In this document: positions 40,723 to 52,353 of the stretch, piece by piece | Layout: every line of letters starts with the position of its first letter | Numbering within the stretch: the first letter of the stretch is position 1 | From: Antedon mediterranea | Lineage: Eukaryota > Animalia > Echinodermata | DNA: 64,000 nucleotides | Direction of reading: 5' to 3' | NCBI RefSeq assembly: GCF_964355755.1 | Contig: NC_092671.1 | Location: forward strand, 27,168,070-27,232,069 | Position numbers and translations under genes: made by a program | The notes under the pieces: model-generated | Told to the model about the DNA's origin: nothing | Databases searched by the model: none | The model's input: the letters and a program-made list of their open reading frames with translations, nothing else

Positions 40723-42773
40723 TTTCCAATATTAACATTAATTATCTATTTTTCTTGTACATATTTGACCAGTCCAATTTTTGGACTTTTATTTCAACAA
40801 AGACCTTTATTGCACCTTACATGTTATAATAATATAATACTGATGACCAATGATATAATATTTCTTTCATTTAATTTTTAACTAATTCATGTTGTTGCTG
40901 TAAATTTATAATTAATTGAGGCTGTATTTTTGATTGAAATTTTATAAAGAAGCTGATTAAATAGTTAGGTAAATAATTAGAGAAGCAATACATTAAAGAA
41001 ATCAACGTTAAAATGTGTTTCTTTAAAATCTATTTTGACTTACTTAAAAATGATTTTTTTTTCTTGTCCTTTGTAACACTTTTTTCTTTGATAAAAGAAT
41101 TTGTATAGCAGAAATAAAGGTTGTATATATTCTTACAATAAACTTACGGTCACAAAAGATGTTTTTTAAGCTGTATGAATAATGTTACTAGCAATAGAGA
41201 GAGTAGTTGAAACGGTGATAGGGAATAAATTGTGGCTTCCGATAAATGTCCAGTTTTTACTACGTAAACAGGTACAAGTCTACCGTAATAATTAAAAAAA
41301 GATTGTAAATACTCGTGTAGGTTCTGTATACTTTATAATCTTATTGTTATTTGTATAACTATTTGTAATCAAGGAAACAAGATCACATTTTATATTTGTG
41401 TGTTTTGAAGAAGTAGTTTTTGGGCCAAAAGTTTGAAACTTTGTTTTGGTAGATTTTGTTTCAAGAGATGAATGTATAATGGGATTTATAAATTATTAAA
41501 AATAAAATAATTATACTTAAATATGCTCTGTCGGTAGTTCCATGGGGAACACTGTATTTATTCAATTGATTTTTTGATGCAACATTTTAGATAGTATGTG
41601 CATTGTGAGAAAGATGATAAAATGTTTTTTTTAAATTCTAAGACGCGTATATTTTCACATAATTGAGACCAAATAATTTAGATTGGGGATGCAGAATAAT
41701 GGAATGGATATGAGAGAATGAATTTTCATTTCTGTGATTAAGTGGTCTACATATTTTATCACCTTGAAATGGCTTTTCCCTTAACTGAATAACTGTTTTA
41801 TAAACTCAGTAATTTGTTTTTGTAACTGTCCATTTTGCCATAAATAATATTATGCATAGCAATATATTAGGAATTAAGTTTTGAAATTGTTAATAGGGAG
41901 TTTTTGATAGCAAATATGTATGATGAGAGGTCATAATGTCAATTAGCTTTTGTTGTTAATGAGGCTTAAAGACATTACTATAGCATGTACAATACGTGTG
42001 TGAAGGGTAGTGTTTTAAGGCTAACTATTCGGGCTACTGTAGATTAGTTATCACAAACTAAATGCTAATTGTAACATTTGAGTTCAAGCCTTCCATTTCA
42101 AATGGTTTTCTTACGTTTTGAATGGTGAATTTGTTTCTGTCTACAACCCAAAGAAAAATCTAAAAGAATTAGACATGAGCACTTACAAAATGACTGTGTA
42201 ATGACTGTGGCTTTTTCATCTTTTTGAAAACTCTCTAATAATGGTGGTTTGCAACTGCCAATCAGATTATCAAGATTTTAACTGTACTCAAATTGATGTG
42301 ACCATTTTCAGGTAATTGAACCACTACAACACCTTCTGAGGTCCTTGATATAGCTTGTGCTGGTTTTACCAAATTCATCTGATTGGCAGTTGCACATTAT
42401 AGTTAATATACTTTATCATTGGTATAACTGTATAAACTTTTTATATCATACTTATTCCCAAAATATCATTAAGTGAAAATTAACTAAGGTATTTAATATT
42501 TGGATTTTAAACCTATATTTATATGTTACCGTTATAACTGGATTTCAACTGAACTAAAAGTCTCATAGATATGTAAGCGACACGGCAAGTTTCTCCCAAT
42601 TCTTCTACATCCAACCAGAGCCTGATTACAATTTCAGGTCGCTATTAAACAGTAAGCCATTTTCAGAATTGAGTTGGGTTAAAGTTTGGGTCATTCAAGT
42701 TCAATCTAGATATCTTAATACTGAGATATATATTGATTTTGTTATTTGATTTATTTACTTGCATTGCAGTTGA

Positions 42774-43140
42774 AGTCTAGACTAGTTTTCTCCTGCAGTC
42801 TAGACTAGTCTCCTCCTGCAGTCTAGACTAGTCTCCTCCTGCATTTAGACTAGTCTTCACCTGCATTTAGACTAGTCTTGACCAGCAGTCTAGACTAGTC
42901 TTCTCTTGTAGTCTAGACTAGTCTTCTCCTGCAGTCTAAACTAGTCTTCTCCTGCAGTCTAGACTAGTCTCCTCCTGCAGTCTAGACTAGTCTTCTCCTA
43001 CAGTATAGACTAGTCTTCACCTGCATTTAGACTAGTCTTGACCTGCAGTCTAGACTAGTCTTCTCCTGCAGTCTAGACTAGTCTTCTCCTGCAGTCTAGA
43101 CTGGTATTTACTACCTACAGTCTAGACAAACCTTCTGCAG
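42774..43140. repeat. Second, degenerate array of the same 23-bp unit
   Basis: About 16 units of agtctagactagtcttctcctgc. Confidence 0.95.
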
Positions 43141-43528
43141 TCTTTATATCCAATCTGTTTTGTTCTTTCTTAAGCTAAACTAACCAAACATTGCGCTTGC
43201 GGTGCGAATACTTTTATTTACATATCTGTCCTTCCATTCCATAGGATTCTGTATCAATATGTGAGTGAACCTAAATGGTTGAATAAAGGTCATTTTTGAG
43301 GGAATAAAATTAATATAATCGTGTCTGTTACTTACATTTTATTTGTTATTGTCATTGCAACAGGGAAATGTTTTTTATTTCGCCATATATTATATTACAA
43401 TTATCAATGCATATTACAATTTCCATAAATAATTATTAATCCATTTACTCATAATTTTCAATTATTATAATAGTTATGATATATAATTACCATAATTATT
43501 TAGCATTATCATAATTAACAATTTTATT

Positions 43529-45167
43529 AGTTATCCGCATTCAGCGGATAACTCCTTGTAACTGTCTGTTTTTTTTTCTGTATTCTTCTTTCTTTCTGTC
43601 ATTTTTGTGCAGAGCGTATCTCTAAAACATGTAAACATAACATTTCATAACTTTGTCAACATATGGGCATTCACGGGAAGTTGTGCACCTCTTACTGTGA
43701 ATGACGTCAGAGTTGCGCAACGTGACTTACGCGCATTTTTACGTTTTTCGCGTATTTAATAGATCGAAAACAATTTAACAATTTCAAATGAAACTGACTG
43801 TGGAAAAAAAATGACATGTTTCACATGAAGTTACGCACACACGTGCGTTTAAAATTTCAAAATGCGAAAAATCAATTTCTAATCAACTTTCTACGCGTTT
43901 CATGTCATTTTAAGCATCTCAAAAATTCCCAGACGCGAGCAAATTTTTTACGCATGCGTGTGCACGTAGCGCAAAAAAACTTTTTTTCCGCGTGATTTAT
44001 GTTTTTCCAGCCTTTTCTAGTAATTTTACAAACTTTTAAACAATTTTGACCTAAAATCACGTCATACGGGCACGTAGAATTGGATAATTTTCGCGAGTTT
44101 TTGATGACAAATTTTGACGAATTTTTTAACAGTCGTAATTTCTAAACTGGACGGTCAACTTTTTGTGGATGACATATTCTTGAAGTTGATGAGTTGTAGA
44201 TATCGGATCATGTATTAATATGGCTAACCGGACATTGTGACGTCATCGTATGGCCACGCAAATATAAAATTTAGGATTTTTGTATCTTTCGTCATAGCTC
44301 ATCACATTTAATAGAGCGCATCTCTACTTATCCGTTTTCCATTTTCACCCCGATTTTGATATTGTCTAGGTCAATCAACTATCTTTCGCATGAGTTAAAA
44401 ATATTTTAATTTTTATTACGTCATCATGTCTAAAAACGTAAATAACGTGGGTCACTTATTTCATCTTTACAGTAAATTTCAATCTGTTATAGCTCGTCAG
44501 AATAAAAAGTGATAATCATGATTAAAACGTTTCCCAGAAGCTATTGGATTGTAGATACGAATTCATGTGAACATTTTTCCAATCCGACGTTGTGACGTCA
44601 TTATATGGCCAGTTGAATAAAAAAAGTCGTATTTTCATATTTTGCGCCATAGTTCATCACATTTAAAAGAGCGCGCATCTATATTTTACGTATCCAAATT
44701 TCTTCTTCACGTTAACATGTTGTTGCTGAGATAATATCCTTCCGAAATTGCTATCTTAGTTTTTCATTTTGATACCGTCGCCATGTTAAAAATTGGAATA
44801 AATGGCGGGTCCCGTAATTTCACCTATTCTATACTGTATGTAATATATGTATAAAGATTTTACTGGTTATACTGACTGTAACGGAATGGTATAGCCCAAA
44901 TCATTTATTTCCTACCTATTTCTATAATGTAGCAGGCCAAATAAGACTAGGTTCTGATTGGCTATTTTACTATTCGTGTAAAAACTACTCACTAAATTTT
45001 GGTAAACAACTTATCCAGGGACCTAGTAGGTCTCTGGCACTCTTCGTTTTGATATAAGGTAATAAATGCCATGATCTTTTTCTGTGTGCAATATTCCAAC
45101 GTATGACGTGCACGTGGCGCTTGTCGTGCGGATAACTAACTCGTCCAAGTGACGAGTTCAAATCTAA
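43529..45167 (+). mobile_element. Full-length Helentron-associated/DINE-1-like element
   Basis: 5' subTIR hairpin agttatccgc-attca-gcggataact; 3' subTIR gcggataact (45128) followed by stem-loop aactcgtc-caagt-gacgagtt; internal ~356-bp tandem core (44232/44588); T-rich target; no short TSD. Confidence 0.75.
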
Positions 45168-45299
45168 TTATTAATCCAATTACTCATAATTTTCAATATT
45201 ATAATAAATATCATTAATTACCATTATCATAACCATTTACCGTTACAATAATTACATCATTGTTATAATTATTACATCATAATAATTTATATTTAACAT

Positions 45300-45755
45300 T
45301 GTGCTGGCGTTTTTCTTTTTAAGTTATTCAATTCTAATATAATTAATACTGACAATTTATTTAATATTCGTAATCCACAACGTGTTACTCGTAGCTCTTC
45401 TTCTGTTGCTACTCTTTTTGATATTCGTCGCTGCAGAACTGAATCTTCTTTTCAATCCAATATCCCACGTGTTACCAGAATTTGGAATAATTTACCCGGT
45501 GAAATTCGCAATTTAGATATTTCTGTTAGTTCTTTTAAAACCAAATTATTAAATTTTCTCAATATTTATTTTTAAAATAATTTTGATATTAATAATGTGT
45601 GTAGTTGGTCGCTTTCTTGTAGATGCTTTAATTGTAGGACGTAATTGTTTATTTATTTATTTCTTTCTTTCTGTGCTCTGTTCTGGGTTGACCAACTAGC
45701 ATGTGTTTTTTTTTTATTGTTTATGGCAGAAAATTGAATAAATAAATAAATAAAT
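45300..45755 (+). mobile_element. 5'-truncated LINE (CR1/Jockey group) 3' end
   Basis: Stop-free frame 45300-45644: FLFKL...RVTRS...RCRT...PRVTRIWNNLP...SFKTKL...CSWSLSCRCFNCRT*; then a 3' UTR and (AATA)n tail. Confidence 0.75.
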
Positions 45756-46521
45756 ATTTAGAAACTGTCATTATCAATTACCATTCTGTTGTTGATTGCC
45801 ATTGTTTGTTCTACCCTCTTTGTCATAAGTAATTAGACCTGTACTTTAATTACCATTACATAATACATATTAAATTATTACCATATTATCATATCACCAT
45901 TTTTGTTGATAATTATTTAATCAGAATTTCATTATAATTATAATAATAATCTTGTTAATAATTATGTAATAATAATTGACAGTTGGTGATATGGTATAAT
46001 CCAAATGTATCACCAACTAAATGTACGTACTTAACTTGATTTCTTGAATTAAAAAAATAGTAGAGAAAAATAGTAAGCAGGATGAACAAAAATAAACTTT
46101 ATTTAACTAACCAAATAAAACTAAATAGCTTATATGATTTAAGATAATTTATTTAAATTACATCTTTAATTTTCTTAACTTAAAGATGTAGGCTATTGTC
46201 CATTGAAACACAAAAAATGAATGAATGCTAATTAGGATTGTTTACAACTCATCGCGCGGTTTTGATCGAAAACTTTGACTGGAAGTCAAAGTTATTTTTT
46301 GAACAAAAAAACGTCTGTATTTCGGTTAAATTATTTTTTTTTCGACTAATTTTTGGCGAAAGTTAATAAATAAATAATTACATTAATTAATGAAAATATG
46401 ATTTCCTCATCTTTATCGTTTCAAATTAATTAATTAAATTTCAGTATATCACCGGGCGGTTTAGAATTAATGTTCTTTCCCTAATGTGTTTATATATATA
46501 TATATATATATATATAATTCT

Positions 46522-46745
46522 GTGGCTGGATCTCATTGGAGATACAAAAAAAAAAGCGAAAAGCTAAATCAAAACGATAAAGTACCGTAAACAGCCAGAA
46601 AAGTTAGCAGAGCTTTCGGGCAACACTAGCCCTTCATCAGTGCAAGTGTTTCCCGAAAGCTCTGCTAACTTTTCTGGCTGTTTACTTTATCGTTTTGATT
46701 TAGCTTTTCGCTTTTTTGTTTGCATCTCCATTGAGATCCAGCCAC
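46522..46745. mobile_element. Inverted repeat (~105-bp arms), probable Penelope-like pLTR remnant
   Basis: gtggctggatctca...gctttcggg mirrored by cccgaaagc...tgagatccagccac. The hammerhead sits at the centre, and the repeat is adjacent to (TA)n. Confidence 0.7.
46604..46645 (-). ncRNA. Minimal type I hammerhead ribozyme (Penelope-like element type)
   Basis: Minus strand reads TTGCA-CTGATGA-A-GGGC tagtgtt GCCC-GAAA-GCTC-TGCTAA: conserved CUGAUGA and GAAA boxes, 4-bp stem II, palindromic AGCU stem III, and stem I GCA/UGC. Confidence 0.8.
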
Positions 46746-46892
46746 TGATACCCACAGCATTGTCATTTTTTCAGTAATTTTCCTTTGGATATGGTGCGCG
46801 TGTGTACAACTGAGGACTAGTGCTGTTCCGCCGTACCACGCCGAGAATGTTAAAGAGTCGCTATCCAATCGAGTTTGAACAATACCATGAAT

Positions 46893-46964
46893 GCCCCAGT
46901 GGTCTAATGGTTAGGACATCTGCATATCAAGCAGGCGGTCCGGGTTCGAGTCTCGGTTGGGGCG
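46893..46964 (+). tRNA. tRNA-like cloverleaf, anticodon ATC (Asp-like); probably a repeat-borne pseudo-tRNA
   Basis: Acceptor GCCCCAG/TTGGGGC, A-box TGGTCTAATGG, anticodon stem TCTGC/GCAGG with loop ATATCAA, T arm CCGGG-TTCGAGT-CTCGG, discriminator G, and TTTTT 3 nt downstream. A32 and the ATC anticodon are non-canonical. Confidence 0.65.
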
Positions 46965-47241
46965 ACTTTTTCTCATTCTCACAGATTTCCTCATCTTTAT
47001 CGTTTCAAATTAATTAATTAAATTTCAGTATATCACCGGGCGGTTTCGAATTAATGTTCATTGCCTAATGTGTTTATATATATATATCTAGCTATATGGT
47101 GTCCGTTAAAAGAGATTTAGATATGTTTCAAAGAAAATTCTTCATATTTACTTGCTTCTCATTTTGAAAAAAATGTATAGTGTTTAAACCTCTAAGCATT
47201 TCAATTCAGAAACCGCTGTATGTTGTTTTAGTCGAATCGGT

Positions 47242-47459
47242 TTATTCTCTCTGCATTGGTTGTCTGTATTCAAAGTCGAGTGATCTCTCCAGGGCACACA
47301 CCTTGTATGGGTAGGGTCCAAGAGTTGCTCCAAAAAAACCTTCAAGGTCCGGCGTAGGTTCTTCATCCGGGTACTTAAGTTTGAATCTGTGTAACAGGTG
47401 TGTGAAATAGATAAACAGTTCCATCACGGCTAGTTGTTCTCCAACACAATTCCGTCGCC
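47242..47459 (-). CDS. Cytochrome P450 clan 2, exon 4 (heme cysteine)
   Basis: Splices to give PFSIGRRNCVGE (FxxGxRxCxG); stop TAA at 47244-47242. The four exons total 1542 nt = 513 aa with consistent phases. Confidence 0.93.
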
Positions 47460-47716
47460 CTGAAAGCAATACTTTAAAATTAAAAAACAATGTTCTTAAA
47501 TGTGATAGACTATTACACTGCCTAGCATATTATAACACTAGTCTGGTTTAACCTTGATTACTGACATTTTAATCATTGTATCAGAGTGAAATTACAAATG
47601 TCACTCTTCCTTGATTGTGACCAAATTCCAACATTTCATATTTCCCAAGCTTCACTCTTTTTTTCAAAGATACTCCTTGCGTGTTAGTAATGTATGAGAG
47701 AGTTTGTTTAATTTAC

Positions 47717-47914
47717 CTATCGAAAACGGAATAAGTTTCTCATTTTTTGAGTAGCATCCATTTTCATTCAGAAACCTCTCTGGTTTAAACTTTTCTGGCT
47801 CAGGCCAAACCTCCGGATCAAACATCACCGACCAGATGTTTAAAGTGACAATGGTTCCTTTTGGTATGTCGTAACCACGAAGTGTTGTATCCTCAGTGGC
47901 CGCATGCGGAACAC
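47717..47914 (-). CDS. Cytochrome P450 clan 2, exon 3
   Basis: SVPHAATEDTTLRGYDIPKGT...FKPERF...LIPFSI; AAG acceptor after a T-tract, gtaaat donor. Confidence 0.9.
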
Positions 47915-48093
47915 CTTGACAAAAAGTACACACTTTTCAGTAAGCTAGTTTTTTTATATATTTTTTAAGTGTTAAGATACACTATTAATTAGAAATAAGT
48001 ATTCTAATACTTTATAAAAACATAATAAACAGAAACATTTTTTGGCCTTCAACAATTCAAATGTAATGTTGACATACTCAATCGCTCGGATTA

Positions 48094-50902
48094 CACAGTA
48101 GTCCAGTAAAAATATGGTTGAACCTAGAACAAATTGCAACAGAATTTTGTTTTGTTTTATTTGGTTGATATGGTGAACATGAACATCATATCCAAAGTTT
48201 ACCAAAATCGGACATCGGGAAGTGGTTTAATTAGCGTAAATTCAAAATGGCTGCCATTTGCTATTTTAAAGCCCCATATCTCCTTAACGGTTGGATTTAG
48301 ACCACCTATATGCATTACGAGTAGATATAAATGTGATATTAAACATTCTAACTGGCATATTTAAATTTCCATAGGACGTACCTATGACGTCATATGGTAG
48401 TTGTGACGTCATAAATTATGTTATAAATGCTTAAATGACATTATACTATGCAAAAAATTTAGAAACTGCAGAAAAACAAGTTTCATAACATTCTCCTTGT
48501 TGAAATGAACATAATTTCCAAAGTTTACCAAAATCGGACGTCAGGAAGTGTGTTAATTAGCATAAATTAAAAATGGCCGCTATTTTACTATATCATTTTG
48601 AAGCCCTATATCTCCTTAATGGTGGTTTTAGACCACCAAAGTGCATTGCGAGTAGATATAAATGTGACATTAAACTTCCCAATTAGCACATTTAAATTAC
48701 CATATGACGTAAATATGACGTCATAAGGTAGTTGTGACGTCATATATTATGTTATAACTGCTTAAATGGCATTATCCCATGCTAAAAAATGTAGAAACTG
48801 CAGGAAAACAATTTTCTAACAATTTCCTGTTGAAATGAACATGATATCCTAAGTTCACCAAAATCAGACTTCAAGAGGGTCAATTAGCATAAATTCAAAA
48901 TACCATTTTGAAGCCCTGTATCTCCTTAGCGGTTGGGTTTAGACAGCCTATGTGCATTACGAGTAGATATATATGTAAAAACCATTGAAATTTATCATTA
49001 AGTTTCCATTTACAAAATCTTATGAAAATAGATATTCTACAGAACCGTATGAAAGGTGATCATCAACTGTATTTCCGAAACTGATTTGTACTCAAGCGCA
49101 CATCTTGTTTTGTGTTTTCTAAAACTACATCTTTTAGAACTTTATCTCTTTAAATTGGTAAAGGAATAAAAAAAATATTGTAATGAGGTGATTGATTGTG
49201 GGTCAGGCTATTCAAACCCATCATTCCCACAAACTCATCTCAATTGAAATGAAAATGATAAATGTCATACTGTAGTTTTCTGTATAGTCAGCATCTCCAT
49301 TCTGCTCTTTCAAATTTGCTATTTCATTGCATCTGTTTGGTGTCGATCATTTATGAGACAACAACTTTTTATGATGTTTTATATAATGTTTATCTTTTGA
49401 ATGCTGTTTCCAAGATTCAATGAGCATATAACAAGGACACTTCATCCTAGTGTTAACTAGGATGAAGAACCATCAGTTAAAAGATACACATCAACGGAAT
49501 CCAAAAAGGGGTTGTTAAGGTAATACAGTAATTTTCAAACTTGCCACTACTAATTACAGTATTTTATTTTTCGACAAGACAGTATTCAACTTCCTTGACA
49601 AAAAATGTCAGAAAAATGGAATAGAAACTTTGAATGCAGATGGGGATCTATTAAATATCTTACTTTGCCATAATTAAAAAAAGCGATTGCGTTTTAAGAC
49701 AGAAGAAGCAAAAAATAGTGGAATAATTGGTACTTAAAGAAAACATCTTAAGGAGCAAATTTGCAACATCTTTGTAATGCTCTGCACTTGCAAAGAAACA
49801 GGGGGATGCATTCTATTCTAAGCAAGAACTGTTTGGTCCAAAATTTAAAAAGACATCAGAAAAGCCAATGAAGTAGACTTGCTGTGCCTACATGTATGGT
49901 GGAAGTATTTTGACGGCGCCAACATTACATTTTCTATGTATGTACTTTGGATTGGAAACTTACTGTGATCCAACTCCATATTTAGGATGGGGTCGAATTA
50001 TTAAATCCCAGACTCATTACTTAATTAAGAATCCTATTTCTTTAAATATATATGAGATATATGAGATATATATGCAGTTATAAAAAGTTGCAGTTGCAGA
50101 AAATTAACTGGAATGTTCTATTGCATGTTGTGAAGGGTGGCCGAATAACTTCTGATACCCATGATCTTAACCTGGATGTGGTAAATGTTGTACTATTTTC
50201 ATGAGATTAAAAAAAAAAAATTGAGCATTATTGTGACAAAATACATGACGTCATATGTCTTATGACATCATAGGTACGTTATATGGCAATTTAAATATGC
50301 TAATTATAAAGTTTAATATCACATTTATATCTACTCTCAATGCACTTAGGTGGTCTAAAACCAAGCGTTAAGGAGATATGGAGCTTCAAAATGGTATGAT
50401 AAATAGCGGCCATTTTGAATGTATGCTAATTAACCCACTTCCTGACGTCCGATTTTGGTAAACTTTGGAAATAATGTTCATTTTAACAAGGAGAATGTCA
50501 AGAAACATGTTTTCTTGCAGTCCCTAAATTGTTCGAATAGTATAATGTCATTTAAACAGTTATAACATAATATATGACGTCACAACTACCATATGACGTC
50601 ATAAGTACGTCATATGGAAATTTAAATATGCTAATTAGAATGTTTAATATCACATTTATATCTACTCGTAATGCACTTAGGTGGTCTAAATCCAACCGTT
50701 AGAGAGATATGAGGCTTCAAAATAGCAAATGGCGGCCATTTTGAATTTATGCTAATTAACCCACTTCCCGATGTCCGATTTTGGTAAACTTTGGATATGA
50801 TATTCATTTGAACCATATTTACCAGACAAAACAAAAAAAAATTCTGTTGCAATTTGTTCTAGGTTCACCCTATTTTTGACTTATCTTTACTGGACTACAG
50901 TG
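48094..50902. mobile_element. Foldback-type DNA transposon with long modular TIRs in CYP intron 2
   Basis: Termini CACAGTAGTCCAGTAAA / TTTACTGGACTACAGTG. Arms at about 48094-48970 and 50240-50902 are built of ~326-bp subrepeats. ORFs 48134(+) and 50631(-) are mirror copies. Confidence 0.85.
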
Positions 50903-51057
50903 GCATGTTAGGCTTTTGAGATAGTAGTCTGCTGTAAGGTTTACGCCACCATCTGTATAAATAAGCACAGTTATGCATAATCCCATTCCACAATAAATGA
51001 TGATGCGTTGTAATGCGCAGCGCATGACTTAAAGTTAGAAAACATATTCAGACTCAC

Positions 51058-51819
51058 TTAAAGGAGCAATGCATCCGATCCGTTGTACTTCTGCTAATGT
51101 AGCCATTGTATATGGCAGTTGAGATCTGTCAGAAAGTAGCGGCATTCTCTTGCGACCGATAACAAGATCCATTTCATCTTGAACTTTGACCTGGATTTCA
51201 GGATAAAGAGCCAAGTATAGCACTGCCCATTTCAACGTGTTAGCGGATGTTTCTGTTCCTGCGTTGAACATATCACTGATATCAAATTTAAGATGAGCCT
51301 CGTCGAGAGTTCCAACATATCCGTCAACTTCCCGTTTTCGTACTTCGTCTAGATACGCATCAATAAATTGTCGCGGATTCGCCTCTACGTAGCCCAATTT
51401 TACCTCATTGATTTTCTTATCTAGAAAAATATAGTGATCATCAACCAACTTTCTCAGCTTCTTGTAAGGGCTGAACGGAATATGTCGTAGGAATGGGAAG
51501 CAGTTGATTGGTCCAGATACTTTAAAAAGGTGGCCCATGTCGCCTAAGATTGTCATCATTTTGACGAACCATGGGTCGTCAAATTTGAAACGGTTCCCAA
51601 ACATTATTGCACAAATGACGTTTGCCGTTGCGTTACCGAGGTACGGTGTAGGGTTGAATGGTTTTCCATTTTCACTGGCAAATTCCTTGTTGAGGAACCA
51701 AGCTTCGCGGGCTATCATTGGTTCAATGTGGGCCTGACCAACTCCATAACTTCTCATCATTTTTAAGCTGAACCGTCGGTGGTCTTTCCATCCTTCACTG
51801 TAAAAAGCTCCTCCAATAC
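51058..51819 (-). CDS. Cytochrome P450 clan 2, exon 2
   Basis: Acceptor tatgtag; WKDHR (WxxxR), I-helix AGTETS, K-helix EVQR; donor gtgagt. Confidence 0.93.
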
Positions 51820-51989
51820 CTACATAAAATGTAATTTATGTTTGATTATATTTCTGCACGTACATACGGCCAACATTCTAGTATAACAAAAAATGCTGAA
51901 TTTTTTTAACACTTTGTCCATCACGATCAATCAATCCGATTGGTGGATCTACTCAATTTATACAAAAAAGGAAGACATTTTTAACAAAC

Positions 51990-52353
51990 CTTTTCCACCA
52001 CCAAGAATTTCAAAAAGTGGCGTCCTTGGTCTGTCCAAAAACATGTCCCCACTTCTACACGTAGCCTCACGAATGATTTCATAGTCGTTCAACACCACAC
52101 AATGAAACATTCCCAGCCTGGCACTAAAAATAGCTCCATGTTCAGCAGCTATCTTTGTGAATTTCTTGTACACTCGCTCACCGTCGGCTAACATTGGTAG
52201 AATCCCAAGCAGAGGCCATCCTTTAGGTCCCGGAGGTAGCTTCAAGCTCTGTCGTCCAATAATGCTTTTCCAAAAGAAAGTAAATATAATGCAGGCCAGA
52301 AGAACATACCTCAATTCGACCCATTGTGTTCCAAATAACTGCCATGACTCCAT
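51990..52353 (-). CDS. Cytochrome P450, clan 2 (CYP2-like), exon 1
   Basis: ATG at 52353; N-terminal membrane anchor, PPGPKGWPLLG proline hinge, VVLNDYEIIREA...F.DRP; donor gtttgt at 51989. Confidence 0.92.

Noticed and set aside
48134-50852. Pair of near-identical 76/73-aa ORFs as duplicated genes
   Set aside because: They arise from the two arms of the foldback transposon, have non-ATG starts and show no protein-like features.
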